From: Octopus sinensis
Taxonomy: Eukaryota
Direction: 5' to 3'
DNA: 64,000 nt
Assembly: GCF_006345805.1 (NCBI RefSeq)
Contig: NC_043022.1
Coordinates: 9,858,001 to 9,922,000 of the forward strand
A program made the position numbers and the translations under genes. The notes beneath the pieces were generated by a model that had not been told where the DNA came from, ran no database searches, and was given only the letters and a program-made list of their open reading frames with translations. This document shows positions 12,901-27,739 of this stretch, piece by piece (positions within the stretch are counted from its first letter, which is position 1; every line of letters begins with the position of its first letter).

Positions 12901-14251
12901 ATGAAATTAAAGAGAAGCAGGCATTGGATTTGCTAAATTTTATTCCACAAGCTCAACGGTGGTGCCCCAGCATGGCCACAGCTTTCAGGCCAAAACATTT
13001 TTAAGGATTTTAAGGGATTAACCATCAGAGCACAAACTGCTCCTCACAAATACACGTTTGTGAGATGGTTGTGAAATGTAAACAGTTTTGAATAAGAACC
13101 TGAAAGAGAAGTATGAAAATGCAATGTGCATGTGCACACTGAATTCGCAAAATGGAAGAGAAGAATAAAAATGCAATGGAAGAGGAAAATAAAAAAGTGC
13201 TATTTCTGACACCACTATCACACAGCTTTGCTGTAATTTTCTTGTTTTTCTACTGGGCACTTCATTGTCATATGTCTGAAAGGAGGAAAAATTTATTCAA
13301 ATTTTGAAAATGATAAACAAAGTTGCAGGGAAAGAACAGAACTACAAAAGAAAAAAAAGAAATAGAGATAATCTGAAGGTGCTATACCAGGAGAATATGA
13401 TTGATGTAGTAGAACTTCCCAAATGAGTTCTTGAATAACATTTTTGGTCAAATTAGTATCATGGTGGTGTGAGTGTCATTGTGGTGCTGAAGTATTCTGT
13501 GTTGTAAACCAGATTGTTTGGATGTCACCCATCAAGTAAAGGTGATGGTACCATGGATATATTCCATCTTCTGGGCCAGTTTCCAAGTGGATAAACATGG
13601 ATCCTCATGGATGAGTTGGTTCAAGATCATTGAATTGAACGGGTTGGCCAAGATGTGGAGTGTTTGTGAGGTTAAATTTTCTCTCCTTGTGGCATGAAAA
13701 CCATTTCTGTGCAGTTCTTTCGGTAACAGCACCTTCTCCATACACAGTGCAAATGGCTCAAGTGGCTTTGGCAGCTTTGGAACATTAAATGAAATTAAAG
13801 AGAAGCAGGCATTGGATTTGCTAAATTTTATTCCACAAGCTCAACGGTGGTGCCCCAGCATGGCCACAGCTTTCAGGCCAAAACATTTTTAAGGATTTTA
13901 AGGGATTAACCATCAGAGCACAAACTGCTCCTCACAAATACACGTTTGTGAGATGGTTGTGAAATGTAAACAGTTTTGAATAAGAACCTGAAAGAGAAGT
14001 ATGAAAATGCAATGTGCATGTGCACACTGAATTCGCAAAATGGAAGAGAAGAATAAAAATGCAATGGAAGAGGAAAATAAAAAAGTGCTATTTCTGACAC
14101 CACTATCACACAGCTTTGCTGTAATTTTCTTGTTTTTCTACTGGGCACTTCATTGTCATATGTCTGAAAGGAGGAAAAATTTATTCAAATTTTGAAAATG
14201 ATAAACAAAGTTGCAGGGAAAGAACAGAACTACAAAAGAAAAAAAAAGAAA
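12458..14251. repeat. Near-identical tandem duplication, period 887-888 bp
   Basis: 12458-13344 is repeated at 13345-14232, with identical ORFs at 13018 and 13906 and only a handful of differences. Confidence 0.95.
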
Positions 14252-14506
14252 CATAAAACACTATGATAAAAATATTTTTCACATTAATTCAAGAAACAAA
14301 CAAATTTATTAGACAACTGAACAGATTCAGTGAAGAGAGCCAAGTTAGTATGTCATGAAGAGATGGAAGTCCATCACATATTTATGGGCTGGTCCCTACG
14401 TTAGAGCTTCCAACTTTATTTTTATTCTAATCAGTAAGAACCCCAACTTTCTCAAAGGTCAGTTTGAATCTCATTCCTTGCTTCCTATTCAAAAATAGAA
14501 ATTTCT

Positions 14507-14945
14507 TCAATGAAGGGAAATTCTGCATTGGTTTCCGATACATTTGTCATAAAATTTGATTTTATATCCCTTTCTTGATTGAGTGGACCAGAAATGGAAC
14601 CTCCTGCAGAATTGCAACCATCTGAATGAACTAATAAAAATTTTGGTTTCGTTAACAAAGAATGATTGAGCTTGTGCTAGCTTTTGGTTGAAATTGATCG
14701 CCTTATTGCATTGCATTGAGAACCAAGTCAAAAATCTACCATTCACCACTATTTCCTGTGTTTCAACAATATAACTATTTTTGTAAGCTATTCTTATATT
14801 ATGGTTTCCGCTGTTATCAGAAAACTGTCTTGTCTTTCTGATCACTGACGCAAACAAGTTCCCCAGACTGCCAAAACTACAGTATGTTGAATTTGTCAAT
14901 AAGTCAATATGTATCCAAAAAAGCTTGGCTCCAAAAGACTTTTGT
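14507..14945 (-). pseudogene. Possible degenerate pogo/Tigger CENP-B-type HTH
   Basis: 'FLTWFSMQ...KLAQAQ...FISSFRWLQFCRRFHF' resembles the L..WF...R....F.AS.GWL.RF..R pattern. Confidence 0.3.
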
Positions 14946-15141
14946 CACTGTGCCAATTGCATCACTGCTTGCTACAAAGTTCACTTTTAATCTTCAGTTG
15001 AGCAGAAGTTCTATCATATCTCTTTGACAAGAACAAACTGCTTCAAAAATAAAAATGAAAAAATAAAATAAAAAAGGAAGGAGGAAAGCGAGATCTCTTT
15101 GGCAGAATGTATATTATACAGGCTTTACCTCTCAGCTCTGC

Positions 15142-15463
15142 CTTCTTCTTCTTCTTCTTCTTCTTCTTCTTCTTCTTCTTCTTCTTCTTCTTCTTCTTTT
15201 CTTCTTTTTCTTCTTCTTCTTCTTCTTCTTCTTCTTCTTCTTCTTCTTCTCTTCTTCTTCTTCTCTTCTTCTTCTTCTTCTTCTTCTTCTTCTTCTTCTT
15301 CTTCTTCTTCTTCTTCTTCTTCTTCTTCTTCTTCTTCTTCTTCTCCTTCTTCTTCTTCTTCTTCTTCTTTCTTCTTCTTCTTCTTCTTCTTCTTTCTTCT
15401 TCTTCTTCTTCTTCTTCTTCTTCTTCTTCTTCTTCTTCTTCTCTTCTTCTTCTTCTTCTTCTT
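15142..15463. repeat. (CTT)n microsatellite, ~320 bp
   Basis: Direct reading; explains the poly-E/K/S/F ORFs. Confidence 0.97.
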
Positions 15464-16126
15464 GCTGCTGCTACTACGACGACGACCACTACCACTAGTA
15501 GAAGTAACAGCTCAGAAATAGAAAAACATAGATTGATAAAGAGGATGAGAGAAGGAGAGAGGGTAAAGAGAGAAAAAATCTGAATGCTCATGTTTTTCTT
15601 TTGCTTCTTATTTTTTGTGCAACAAAACAAATAATATTAATGTTAATCGTTCCGTGATTTTTAAAGAAAATAAAAATAAAATAAAATAAAATAAAACAAA
15701 ATACTACAGAATAAGCTCAAATAAAAACAGTGAAATAATTTTAAAAAAAAAAGAAAGAAACAAACAAAAATTGTTGCTGAAAAAGCAGAAGGAGACCCTG
15801 AAAATGGAGGACGAAAAAATATAAAAGAAATGAACGCAAACCAACACTCATGAATGCATATACTGTAGCATTTATGCTGAAAGTTCACCAGTTCTCACTA
15901 GTCTGCGAAAGTCTTTGAAGATTTTTATGTTGGTAAAGATTTCAATTGGACTGTCTTTGATTTTTCAGACAGAGATAAGTTGTCAGTGAAATAGAAATTC
16001 TGAAATCTGTTCAACTGGGGAAGAAACCGAAAAATTTATAAAAATAAAAAATAATAAAACAAATAAACAAATTTATACATATATTATGTATGTTTGTATA
16101 ATACATACATACATACACAAATATAC

Positions 16127-16173
<47 letters not shown>

Positions 16174-19100
16174 TGCAAATATATGTAAATGTATATGTAT
16201 GTGTGTGTATGGAGATATATGTGTATGTATATATACACACAAATATATATATATATACATATATGTATACATGTATGCACATATACATACACATATGTGT
16301 GTATACATATATGTATACATGTATGCACATATACATACACATATATGTGTGTATATATATATGTATGTGTGTGTATAAAGGGAAAGGATCAGAGGTCCTT
16401 TCCAAATCATAGGCTCTTAAGCCTAGTTTTCTGGATTCTATGATATATATTCACACATGCGCATGCATACACACACATACACACACACATGCATAGACAG
16501 ATATACAATTATGTGTATATATATGCATTATACATGCATATATATGTATGTAGTATATATATATATATATTATATATACATGTATATGTATATTTACATA
16601 TACGTATTATATATATATATTATATATATAGTATGTATGTTTGTATATATATGTATGTATGTTTGTTATATATGTATGTATGTTGTATATATATGTAGTA
16701 TGTTTGTATATATATGTATGTATGTTTGTATATATATGTATGTATGTTTGTATTTAATATATGTATATTTGTATATATATATATATATATGTTATATATA
16801 TATGTATTTATATATATGTATATATATATATATACATAAATATTTATATATATATATATAATATATATATATGTATATATATATATTACATAAATATTTA
16901 TATATATATATATAATATTATATATATATATATTACACACACATGTATATATACATATATATGTACATATATATATATATAAATATATATATATATTATT
17001 TATATTTATGTATATGTGTGCATATATATTTGTGTGTGTGTGTGTCATATATCATCTGTGTGTGTGTGTGTGTGTATTCCCTATCTGACTTCACATGATG
17101 GTTGCAAATAAGCACCATTCTCATAAAATCAGTTTTGTTCATTTCCAGTCTTCCATGAAAATCATATCTGGTCATGGGGAAACATAAGCATGCTTGGAAA
17201 GAGATGAGGGTTAGTGACAGGAAAGGCATCCAGCTGTAAAAACAATCTGCTGCAACAAGTTCTGTCTGATCTATGTAAGCATGGAAAAGTGGATGTTATA
17301 TTATGATAATGATACACACACAATACATACATACACACTCACATACTCACGCGCATGCACACACGTGCACAAAGAATTAAGTAAAAAATCTGCATTTTTT
17401 CCCTGAACTTTATTTTTCTGATTATATTATGATGGAAACCAGCTTATCCACAGTTAAGTTTCTGAGTGTAACCTTACATAAAACCAAAAGACTGTACGAT
17501 TTGATTATAGATATAAGTTTTTTAATAGAAACAATATCAAGATAAGCTATATTTGTTGTAAAATTTTGCAAATTCTATAAATGTTTTAATTCCAGAAACC
17601 TTTCCAATAGTAATAATGATATGCTTCAGTTGTTTCTAATTTAATTACTCCAAACAATTGCCTTATTAATAGTAATTGTCTTTTGAAGGTTTTAATGTAT
17701 TAATAATGTCCCACCTGCCAAATTATATGTTTGACCAGGTTGCAAGGGTAAAATCCCTTTTGTCTGGGGTGGGGCTACAATAGAGAGGGATGAAACTTTA
17801 TGTTGGGAGATGAGAGATTAAAGTATGAGGGAAGGGACCAGAACAGAACAGGTTTCTTGCTGTTTAAGAATTACATGGCCACTCAAATCCTTAAAGAGAG
17901 GGAAGTAACTGGGTTGGAGTTGGACAGAGATAAAAATAGTGATGATGTGGTGTCAGCATCAGCCTTGAATGAGACACCTGTTCATTGCAGGGTTCACAGC
18001 CGATGATTTTGACAGGAGGGGCAAGTCAGTTACATTGATCCCAGTACTTGACTGCTTCTTTATTTTATCAATCCTGAAGAGATAAAAAGCAGGATTTGAA
18101 CTCAGGGTGTAAAGAATCAGAAGAAATGCTGCCAGACATTTAGTCCAAAGTGCTAACGATTCTGCCAGCTCATTACTTCGATGTCTAATAATCACATACC
18201 TTCTTTATCTTCAGTTGAGGTGACATTCATTAATACTTCTTGTTATACTGAAGCAATTATGTTAACTTTTATATATTCTTTTATCCTTTACTTGTTTCAG
18301 TCATATGACTGTGACCATACTGGAACACTACCTTTAGTCGAACAAATCGACCCCAGGACTTATTCTATTGGTCTCTTTTGCCGAACTGCTAAGTTACAGG
18401 GATGTGAACACACCAATATTGGTTGTTAAGTGATGGTAGGGGGACAAACACAGACACACACACAAATATATACATATACATATATATGATGGGCTTCTTT
18501 CAGTTTCTGTTACCAAATCCACCCACAAGTCTTTGGTCGGCTTGAGGCTATAGTAGAAGATAGTTGCCCAAGGTGTTACGCAATGGGACTGAACCAAGAA
18601 CCATGTGGTTGGGAAAGCAAGCTTCTTACCACACAGCCATTCCTTTACCTATAAGAGATTCATAGCTACTCAAATCCTTAAAGAGAGGGTGGAAGTAACT
18701 TGGTTGGAGCTGAACAGAGATAAATGTTGATGAGGTGTCAACATTGGCCTTGAATGAGACACACGTTCATTTTAATAGACACACAGGTACAGTAAGCTAT
18801 TCGTGTTGTAAACATTAAGTTTCATTAATATTGTAACACCTGCAATCCTTACAACAACAATAATGTAGGCAGCCCCATCTCTCTACTTGTAACTGTATAA
18901 TCACAAGCAATATCCACCTTAATGGTAATTGCACAAAAGTTCAACCTGACAATAACAATGTGCCCTTGGAGTTATATAGGCTTAACAAATAACTACTTTA
19001 AAGTTCGTTTTTATCAACATATTCTTACATTTAAGAAACTTGGAGGAAAATTTGCCTCACACCTCTCTAGAAAAGTCTGGTTTTTAAAGTAAACAGGATT

Positions 19101-20629
19101 TGTAGAGTTAAGAAACTAAAGGACAAATCTTGGTGATGCTTCTTTTTATGTATATAAGTAATTTTCATTCAAATCTACACTGAATGCTTTGATTAAGTGA
19201 GAAATTATTGATATTATTTCACGATGACAACAGATTGAATGAAATGCTCAGAAATGTTAGACTACTGCAGGCATTTTGGCAGTTCACCTAAAATACTTTT
19301 CCAACACTGCTACCTAACTCAATCCAGTCTACACCCTCACATATATACTGTAATTTACACGATATCACACATAAACTTACACACGCACACACACAACTTA
19401 CACACACAAACACACAAGCTAGCAGGACAAAAACATTGGACAATACTTGCATTATATTTACTCACACACACCCATAATCATTCATGTAACCTAACATGAT
19501 AAATTGCCTACATACAAACACACACATATTAATAAAATAAAACCACATACGTAAATTAACTCTATAAACAACACTCATATATTCACATACACAAACACAA
19601 TAAACCATACACAAAGACACACATACACACACAGTCACAATTTTCATACAAAACTTTCATACTACAATATATAAACCTTGCATAACCAATCACACATAAA
19701 GTTAGCACATAGACACATATTAACCATTCCTGCCTGCATACACTTGCACAAATACATTACTGTCCACACAATACCCAAACCTACATACAAACACACACAC
19801 ACACACACACACAGCTATCTGACCAATGGATACACAAAGGTGAACAAAGGTACATATATACATAGGCTTAGGAACAGAGGGTGTAAGGGGAACAAGTGCA
19901 TCCCCTAAAAGTTTTGGCGGGGCAATGAAAAACACATTGAACATCCTGTCTTGGACTGGGTTTGCATCCCCTAAATAATTTCCTTTTCACACTTATGTAC
20001 GTATATAAAGTATATGCATATGAATGCAAGCATACACACACACACACACACACACACCATCAATATGCCACACACTATCAAATCCTATCCACTATTGATG
20101 TAATGCAATTATGAATTTTACTTCAAGCCAACTAAGTAAACCTTAGTAGAATCCACAAACACACTTATACCCTCATCTCAACACTATATCTTACTACCAT
20201 ATATACACCCATGTACATACATGCATGACTAACTAACTTCATTGGCACTCTTTTGGTTATAACATCAAGTGTTCCACTTGATCTGATCGATGGAACAGCC
20301 TGTTTGTGAAATTAAAATGCAAGTGGCTGAGCACTCCACAGACATGCATACCCTTAACGTAGTTCTCAGGGAGATTCAACATGACAGAGAATGTGACAAG
20401 GTTGGCCCCTTTTGTAATACAAACACTACTCATTTTGCCAATTGGGTGAACTGGAGCAATGTGAAATAAAGTGTCTTGCTCAAGGGCATGGTGTGCCACC
20501 AGGAATTGAAATTATGGCCTTTTGATAGCCAAATGCTCTCACCACTAAGCCATGTACCTTCACAATAAACTGGCACAGATTCACTTTTACTTCATATAAG
20601 CACATAAACCCATACACATTAATATGCAC

Positions 20630-21112
20630 ATCATGTGTATGGATGAGAACAGCTGCATAAAAAAGTGGCGAGCTCTAATTGTGGAGGGTACCTGTGGTAG
20701 GGATAGGCTTAGGAAGACATGGTATGAAGTGGTGAGAAAGGATCTTTGGATGCTGGGCCTCACTGAGAAAATGACAATGGACTGGGAAATGTAGCGATTT
20801 GCTGTACTTGATAAGATTCATCAAGCTAAGTAAAATCGCTGTCTTCCACACATACAGGCTTGTCATTTCAGGTGTTGGTGTCACTTAAAATGCACCCATG
20901 CCAGTGCTGTGTTAATGCACCTGTGCTGGTGGCATGTAAAAAGTACCCAGCATACTCTGTTAAGTGGTTGGCATTAAGAAGGGTATCCAGCTGTAGAAAC
21001 CATGCCACAACAGACAATTGGAGTCTGGACAGCTCCCTGCTAACCAGCTCCATGTCAACCCCTCCAACCCATGCCAGCATGGAGATCAGGTGTTAAACAA
21101 TGATGATGATTA
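20630..21112 (+). mobile_element. RTE LINE 3' fragment with 3' UTR and (ATG)n tail
   Basis: Homologous to the 3' part of 28350-30067. Confidence 0.7.
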
Positions 21113-22265
21113 TCATCCTCACAGACACTCACACACAGTGTATATATTGTATCACTATTTTGACCAGATGCAGTTAAATACCATCAATCACAATGTGCTT
21201 CCTCGCATTAGTGCAGCTTTCAATTGATGCCACCCCACTGGCTGGGTGGGTAGGCCAACATTCTTCCCTTGAATAGGATGCTGGTCCATCCCAGGGTTAC
21301 CCTTTTGAGAGAACTGTAGCAATAGGAAATGAAGTATTTTGTTCAAGAGCACAATGCACTGCCAATATAGGAATTGAAACCATGAACGTGCTTTCACATG
21401 CACACATGCACATACATACACACATATAAACTCATACTGATCACTTCCACACACATAAATACATAAACTAACAAATAAATCCCACACACATATGCACTAA
21501 TACAATAAAGCAGCACACACACACACACATTTCAATACAATAAATCATATTTTTTATTCTTTTGCTTGTTTCAACATGTTTGTTGCCAGTCCCGCCTTAC
21601 TGGCTCTGGTGCCGGTGGCACATAAAAAGCACCCACTACACTCTTGGAGTGGTTGGTGTTAGGAAGGGCATCGAGCTGTAGAAACTCTACCAGACCAGAT
21701 TGGAGCCTGGTGCAGCTGCTAGCTCTCCAGACCTCTGTCAAACCGTCCAACCCATGCCAGCATGGAAAACGGGTGTTAATTGATGATGATGATGAAGATG
21801 ATGATGATATGCAGTAACATATACATATCAACGTAAATATGATAAACCATTCACAAAACACACACAAACACTTTTCAATTTTTCACGCATGTGATCACAA
21901 GTGTAGGAACCACTTTTATGAAGACTCACTTGCATATATGCAATGCACCACTTATGCCGTACACAAGCTTGCATATACCAACCGTCATCTGACACATGGA
22001 TACACTAAGCTGACTATAGATACACACACATATAATTGTGCACAAACGCACACACACACACACACACTCCTATTACATGTAGCAGACCACCAAATCCTGT
22101 TCTTCACTCCTGTGTTATAATTTGGGATGATGACCACTATTAATGTTTCTGCTTGAGCATTAAGTTTATTTTTATCACCCTTAAAATACCCAAAACAGCA
22201 ATACCTGCACACACACACACGCATTCACACACACACATACACACACATTCATACTCTCACACACA

Positions 22266-22313
<48 letters not shown>

Positions 22314-23045
22314 CTCTCTCTCTCTCGCTCCCCCTTCTGTCTTCGTCGTATTTTTCACAATTAAAATAATAACATTCTTGTCATTTTTACCATATTCCAC
22401 ACTGAAACATTTATAATTTATGTTTAAAAGAAATTTTTAAAGAACCATGTTTTTCAAATTTTTTTCCATTTTTTAACATTTTTGTTCCCACAACCAACAC
22501 CCTTTTCTTCACACTTTTGCCACCTCATACTTGTTAATTTCTTTTAAACCCTAAATGTAATTATATATATACATGCTAAAAAAGAATTTCATTGAAGAGA
22601 TTTTCCCTACATGGTGAATTGTAAAGAATAAATATATAATAGAAAAAGAAAAAGCACACAGTTCATATAATTTTAAAGGATAGAATATGATGATAGTCAA
22701 CCGGTTTCACCGTTTGCTAATCATGACATTGAAATTGGTGAAAGTATTGCAATTGTATTTTCTTAAGAAGTTTTTAGTCCATGTTGCTTGTATGAGAGTT
22801 TGTTTATTATAGTTCTTTCTGCTATAGGCACAAAGTGTGGCAGTTTGGAAAAGGGGTTAATTGATTTCATTGTCCCCAGTACTTAAATGGTACTTATTTT
22901 ATCAACTTTGAAAGAATGAAAGACAAAGTCAATGGTATATTGAATAATTTGTTTCTATTCTTGGAATGATTTTATCATAGTCTCAGGTTTTTTTTTAACG
23001 ATTTTGTGTCCCAAACAAGGCTTGAAGTGACTGTAATATAAGGGA

Positions 23046-23230
23046 CTACAAAAAACGAAAAGAAAGGGCCAACAAATTCAAAAGATGTTGATTGACAAAA
23101 AGCTTAAAGGACTGCATATCATAGGTGAGAGGAAAACAAGATGATAGTACTGAATTCCAGAGAGTAGCACTTGAAGGAAAGAATCTACTAGAATAAAAGG
23201 AATTATGACTATTAGGAAGCTCAACAAGAA
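23046..23230 (-). mobile_element. CR1/Jockey-type LINE 3' end remnant
   Basis: 'SFYSSRFFPSSATLWNSVLSSCFPLTYDMQSFKLFVNQHL' is typical of the ORF2 C-terminus. Confidence 0.65.
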
Positions 23231-23379
23231 TGTCCATAAATTGAAATATCTTAATAGAGAAAAAGTTGTTCAAGTTGGCCATCAATGCAAACACTGTAAG
23301 CTGGTAAATATTGATAAATGTTTCTTTTGCTCTTAATTCATTTAATTTTTTTGCTGTATAGAAAAATGTAATTTTAAGG

Positions 23380-25615
23380 TGAAAAAAATTAATAAACATA
23401 TGGAAGCAAAAGTGTAGAAAAAGAAAAGGTGTTGGTAAGGACAAAAATAGGCTTCAAGAGGAATTTTTTCTTCAAGAATGGAATGGTAAGGTTGATGGAG
23501 CAGAGTTCAGAAATTAGAAAAATATGGATTTTGAAAAAATATTTTATGCAAATTACAAGTCTATGATACCTGTTTCAAGTTGTGAAATACTACAAAAATG
23601 AGGGAAAAAAAATTAAAATTAATAATATTTTATTTTAATTGTGAAAAGTACAATGATGGAAGATTGAGTAGGGGAATTTATTCTTTAAAATGCAAATTAA
23701 TTAGATGCACAAAAAAATAGAGCATACAACAGCATATTGAAATTAACTGAAATAGTGCTACTTTATGTTGATTGATTAACACAGATACTTTTTTACGAGA
23801 TCAAGAATTATCATTTTGGGGTCCGGGAATTATCAGTTTGGGGTCATTTTGAATCAAAAGAATCCAATAATTGTGGAAATTATAAAGAGTTCTTATATTT
23901 AATCATAATTGTGATGAAAAATTGACAAGCCTTCGAGGCACAGTTTCTGTTTTCTTGGGTCTCTCAAACAAAAATCTCAAAATGACTTGATTGATGTGAT
24001 TTACAAAGTTATGTTGACTTGACTGAAATAGAAAATGAACTGAAGCAGGTTAAATTTGTTGTTGTTCTAAGAGATGAAACATTCAGTGTAATGAACCGTT
24101 CACAACTGTCAGATATTTTGGATTATGTCACAAAAGATTGTGTTGCTAATTAACAGTTTATCAGTTTTAGCAAAGTTAAATCATTCAGCAAATCTGAACA
24201 TGTTTTTAAATGCATTAAAACATAAAGGCGTGGAAACAAATTAATTGCACAGACCTATGATTGTGCCACTACCATGGCAGGAAAATTAAGTGGGTTGCAG
24301 TCGATGATAAAGGAGAAATATGAACGTATGATCTTCATTGTTGTACTCATGTACTAAATTAAGTTCTTTCATAAGCATGCTCTACAATAAAAGAATGCCA
24401 AAATCTTTTCTACAATAAATAGACTGGGTATGTTTTCTTTACAAAATCACCCAAAAGAACTAATGTGTTAGATAATATTGTTGAAGAAAAAAAAAAAAGA
24501 TGTATCAATGCAACAGCATCTACAGGGAATTATTCATTGTGTCTCATTATAACTACAAAAGAAAATTGTGATTTCCTCATCAGCCTTTCTAAAAACATCA
24601 TAGAAAATCCTGAAGTATGATGAGTTGAGAGCACAATAAATTCTGCAACCAGATTCTTACATAATTTGAAAGATACCAATTTCTTATTTTCATTTGAAGT
24701 ATTTAGTGATATATTTCTTTCACTGATGTCTTAACATACTTCAGACAAAAAGTTTTGACATAGTGTATTGTAAAGAGCAAATACATACAACTACAACCGT
24801 GCTCGAAAATAAACTGGACAATTTTTCAATATTTTTAGAAATGTTAGGGGAAAACTATAGAATCAATGCAACAATGCAAATCAAAAGATCCAAGAATAAA
24901 TCTATCGACCCACAACAATATTGTAAAATGTTCTACACCAAACTTATTGGCACAATAGTTGACCAATTAAAAACAAGATATTCACCCCTAAAAGAGCTTA
25001 AATTCATGGAACTTTTCAATTTTAGCAAAGCTGAAGAATATTGCAAAAGATTTCCGGTAGATGCTTTAAATTCTTTAAAAACCACTTGTAAATTTTTTGT
25101 GACAATTTGTTTACAGAACAAATGGAATGTTATATATTCAATGAAAGATTTTCAAAAGCTTAAAAAGCAAATCATAGGCAATTTGATGCATTATATTTAT
25201 ATAAATGATCATATTGAAGCTATGCCAGAACTCTTCAATAGTTGCAGTTTGAATTTGGCAATTCCTTCTACATCAGTCTCTCTAGAGAGGTCCTTTTATA
25301 TATTGAAGAGAATTACAACTGATCAAAGAAATACAACGGGAGAGAAAAGACTTTCAGGGTTGATTCTTAAAAGACTTACTCCTAATTAAAACAGAAGATT
25401 TCTATGAGAATAAATGTATTTGCAATACAAGCTGAAGAATCGAATTAATTAATAAATAAGGTGAGTAACTAATTGTATTTTTTGCACATCTTTTCTTAAC
25501 ATGACCATGTTATGAAAATAAATCGTTTATCTTCAGGAAATTATTTCAGAAACGATTCAACTCAACTATTAAGTATTTATTGCATGACCAATCTCAAAAG
25601 TCACTGCAAACCACT

Positions 25616-25616
<1 letters not shown>
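23380..25616 (+). mobile_element. Decayed hAT transposon (DUF4371/ZMYM1-ZNF862-like transposase)
   Basis: Motifs read across frames: 'ESKESNNCGNYKEFL', 'QNDLID', 'VLRDET', 'AQTYDCATTMAGKLSGLQ' and dimerisation domain 'IPSTSVSLERSFYILKRI...RNTTGEKRLSGL' (ORF 24763-25389). Ends in CCACTG. Confidence 0.85.
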
Positions 25617-25653
<37 letters not shown>

Positions 25654-25924
25654 TATATATATATATATATTATATATACATTCATATATATATTATATAT
25701 ACATGCAATATATACATGCCATCTATATATATACATGTAATATATATATACACATATATATATGTATATATATACCAATGTATGTATATATATATACATA
25801 TGTATGTATGTATGTATATATACTTATATATATATATATACATGTACATATGTATGTATGTATATATACTTATATATATATATAAATATATATATATGTA
25901 CATCACATCACATCACATCACATG

Positions 25925-26202
25925 ACCGACCAGTCCATCAGATGTAGTTACACATCGCTGGTCACAATGCGTTCACATTGTTTTAGCCTTCAAATGAGGC
26001 CAACCCGCTGGCTAAGCGAGCAGGCCAACAGAAGAAAGAGTGGGAGAAAGAGTGGTGAGAGAATACAGCAGGGATCACCAGCTCCTGCCGGAGCCTAGTG
26101 TTTTCGCTCAATAAACACTCACAACGCCCGGTCTGGGAATTGAAACCATGATCCTACGACCGCGAGTCCGCTGCCCTAACCACTGGGCCATTGCGCCTCC
26201 AC
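25925..26202 (-). mobile_element. SINE family D (tRNA-derived head GTGGAGGCGCAATGGCCCAGTGGTTAGGGCAGCGGACTCGCGG...)
   Basis: Pol III A/B-box-like head. Related copies at 40778-41156 (-) and 48016-48310 (+); decayed copies at about 20246-20565 and 44930-45225. Confidence 0.75.
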
Positions 26203-26310
26203 ATATATGTGTACATATGTATATATATATATACACTCACATGGATATATATATATATATATGCATATATATATATATATTATCCGCATATTATATGTAT
26301 TATATAATAT

Positions 26311-26344
<34 letters not shown>

Positions 26345-26834
26345 TTTATGTATATATATATGGTGGGCTTCTTTCAGTTTCCATCTACTGAATTCATTTG
26401 CAAGGCCCAGGGCTGTTGAAGACATTTACCCAAGTTGCGATACAGAGCAACTAACTCCTGAACCATGTGGCTGACAAGCAAACTTCTTACCACACACTCA
26501 TGTATTCATGTATGCAAGTATATATGTGAATACACATACATACCTAGGTGCATACACATTCACACATATACATACATATCATTATCATTGTTTTAATGTT
26601 CACTTACACATGCTTGCATTAGTCAGACAAAATTCATTGAAGTAGAATTTTCTATTGCTTGTTACTCTCCTTGTGACCAAGCCTCACCTCATCAAATTAA
26701 GTTACTGTATTCACTTGTCCTTTGAATTACAACCACCTCAACGATTGGAGATGTTTTCACAGAGGGTTGCAAGCAAATGTAAGTTTTTGTATAATGGTAA
26801 CACTAGCTTGCAATTCACATGCACATGTCAGCAC

Positions 26835-26934
26835 NNNNNNNNNNNNNNNNNNNNNNNNNNNNNNNNNNNNNNNNNNNNNNNNNNNNNNNNNNNNNNNNNN
26901 NNNNNNNNNNNNNNNNNNNNNNNNNNNNNNNNNN
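26835..26934. other. Assembly gap (100 N)
   Basis: Run of N. Confidence 0.99.
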
Positions 26935-27018
26935 CACAGGCTTTGGTCGACCTGAACCCGGAAGCATGTGGTTGGTAAGCACAGTCATAGCCACTATATG
27001 TATATGTATGTATGTATG

Positions 27019-27049
<31 letters not shown>

Positions 27050-27196
27050 ATATATATATGCATATATGTAAGGATAAATATCTTGTGTTATGAAAATATG
27101 TTTGCATATTGTTTCATAATGAAAAAACTCTTTCGTTGGCTATTTATTTACTTTTTAAAGTTTGTTGCACCTTCTTTGAGTTTTTGCTGCAGACAG

Positions 27197-27241
<45 letters not shown>

Positions 27242-27369
27242 ATACAGTGGCCCAGCAATAAAATTTGGTAAAGGGGTGCAAATCCAGGTCCTAATTTTTT
27301 AATGAAAAATTTGGATTTTTCCAATGTTAACATTAAAACAAATGTAGGTATAATAATAATTTTTATTAT

Positions 27370-27660
27370 TATGGGGGTCGGCTGAAATGTTCATAATCTG
27401 AGCAAGACACTCTCAATGGATTGTGACCAAATGAAGTTCATTTTTAACATAGTTTATCTTACTGTCCACACACTTCCATAAGTAGTTGCAGTGCTTGAAA
27501 CGCACTGGTGAAGAAGCTTTTCTCTTGATCAAAATGGTCATCAACAACAGATAAGATGTTCTCATCATAGTGATACTGGTGCTCAGCTGAGTGTTTTTCT
27601 ATGTTGGAAAACAGATGATAACCAGAAGGAACCAAATCACAGCTTATGAGTTTGCTGCAT
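27370..27660 (-). mobile_element. Mariner remnant (3' end)
   Basis: 'DLVPSGYHLFSNIEKH...FFTSAFQAL' matches the mariner C-terminus. Confidence 0.65.
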
Positions 27661-27739
27661 TTAAAGGTTAGTTTGATAATATGGCTAATGGAAAATGCAT
27701 CATTTGACATGATTACACCTAAGTCCTATATGTCATTAG

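Noticed and set aside
15043-15630. Poly-E/K/R and poly-S/F ORFs
   Set aside because: (CTT)n tract read in different frames
22690-22745. GAAACCGGTT half-motif with hairpin on the minus strand
   Set aside because: No CUGANGA partner found
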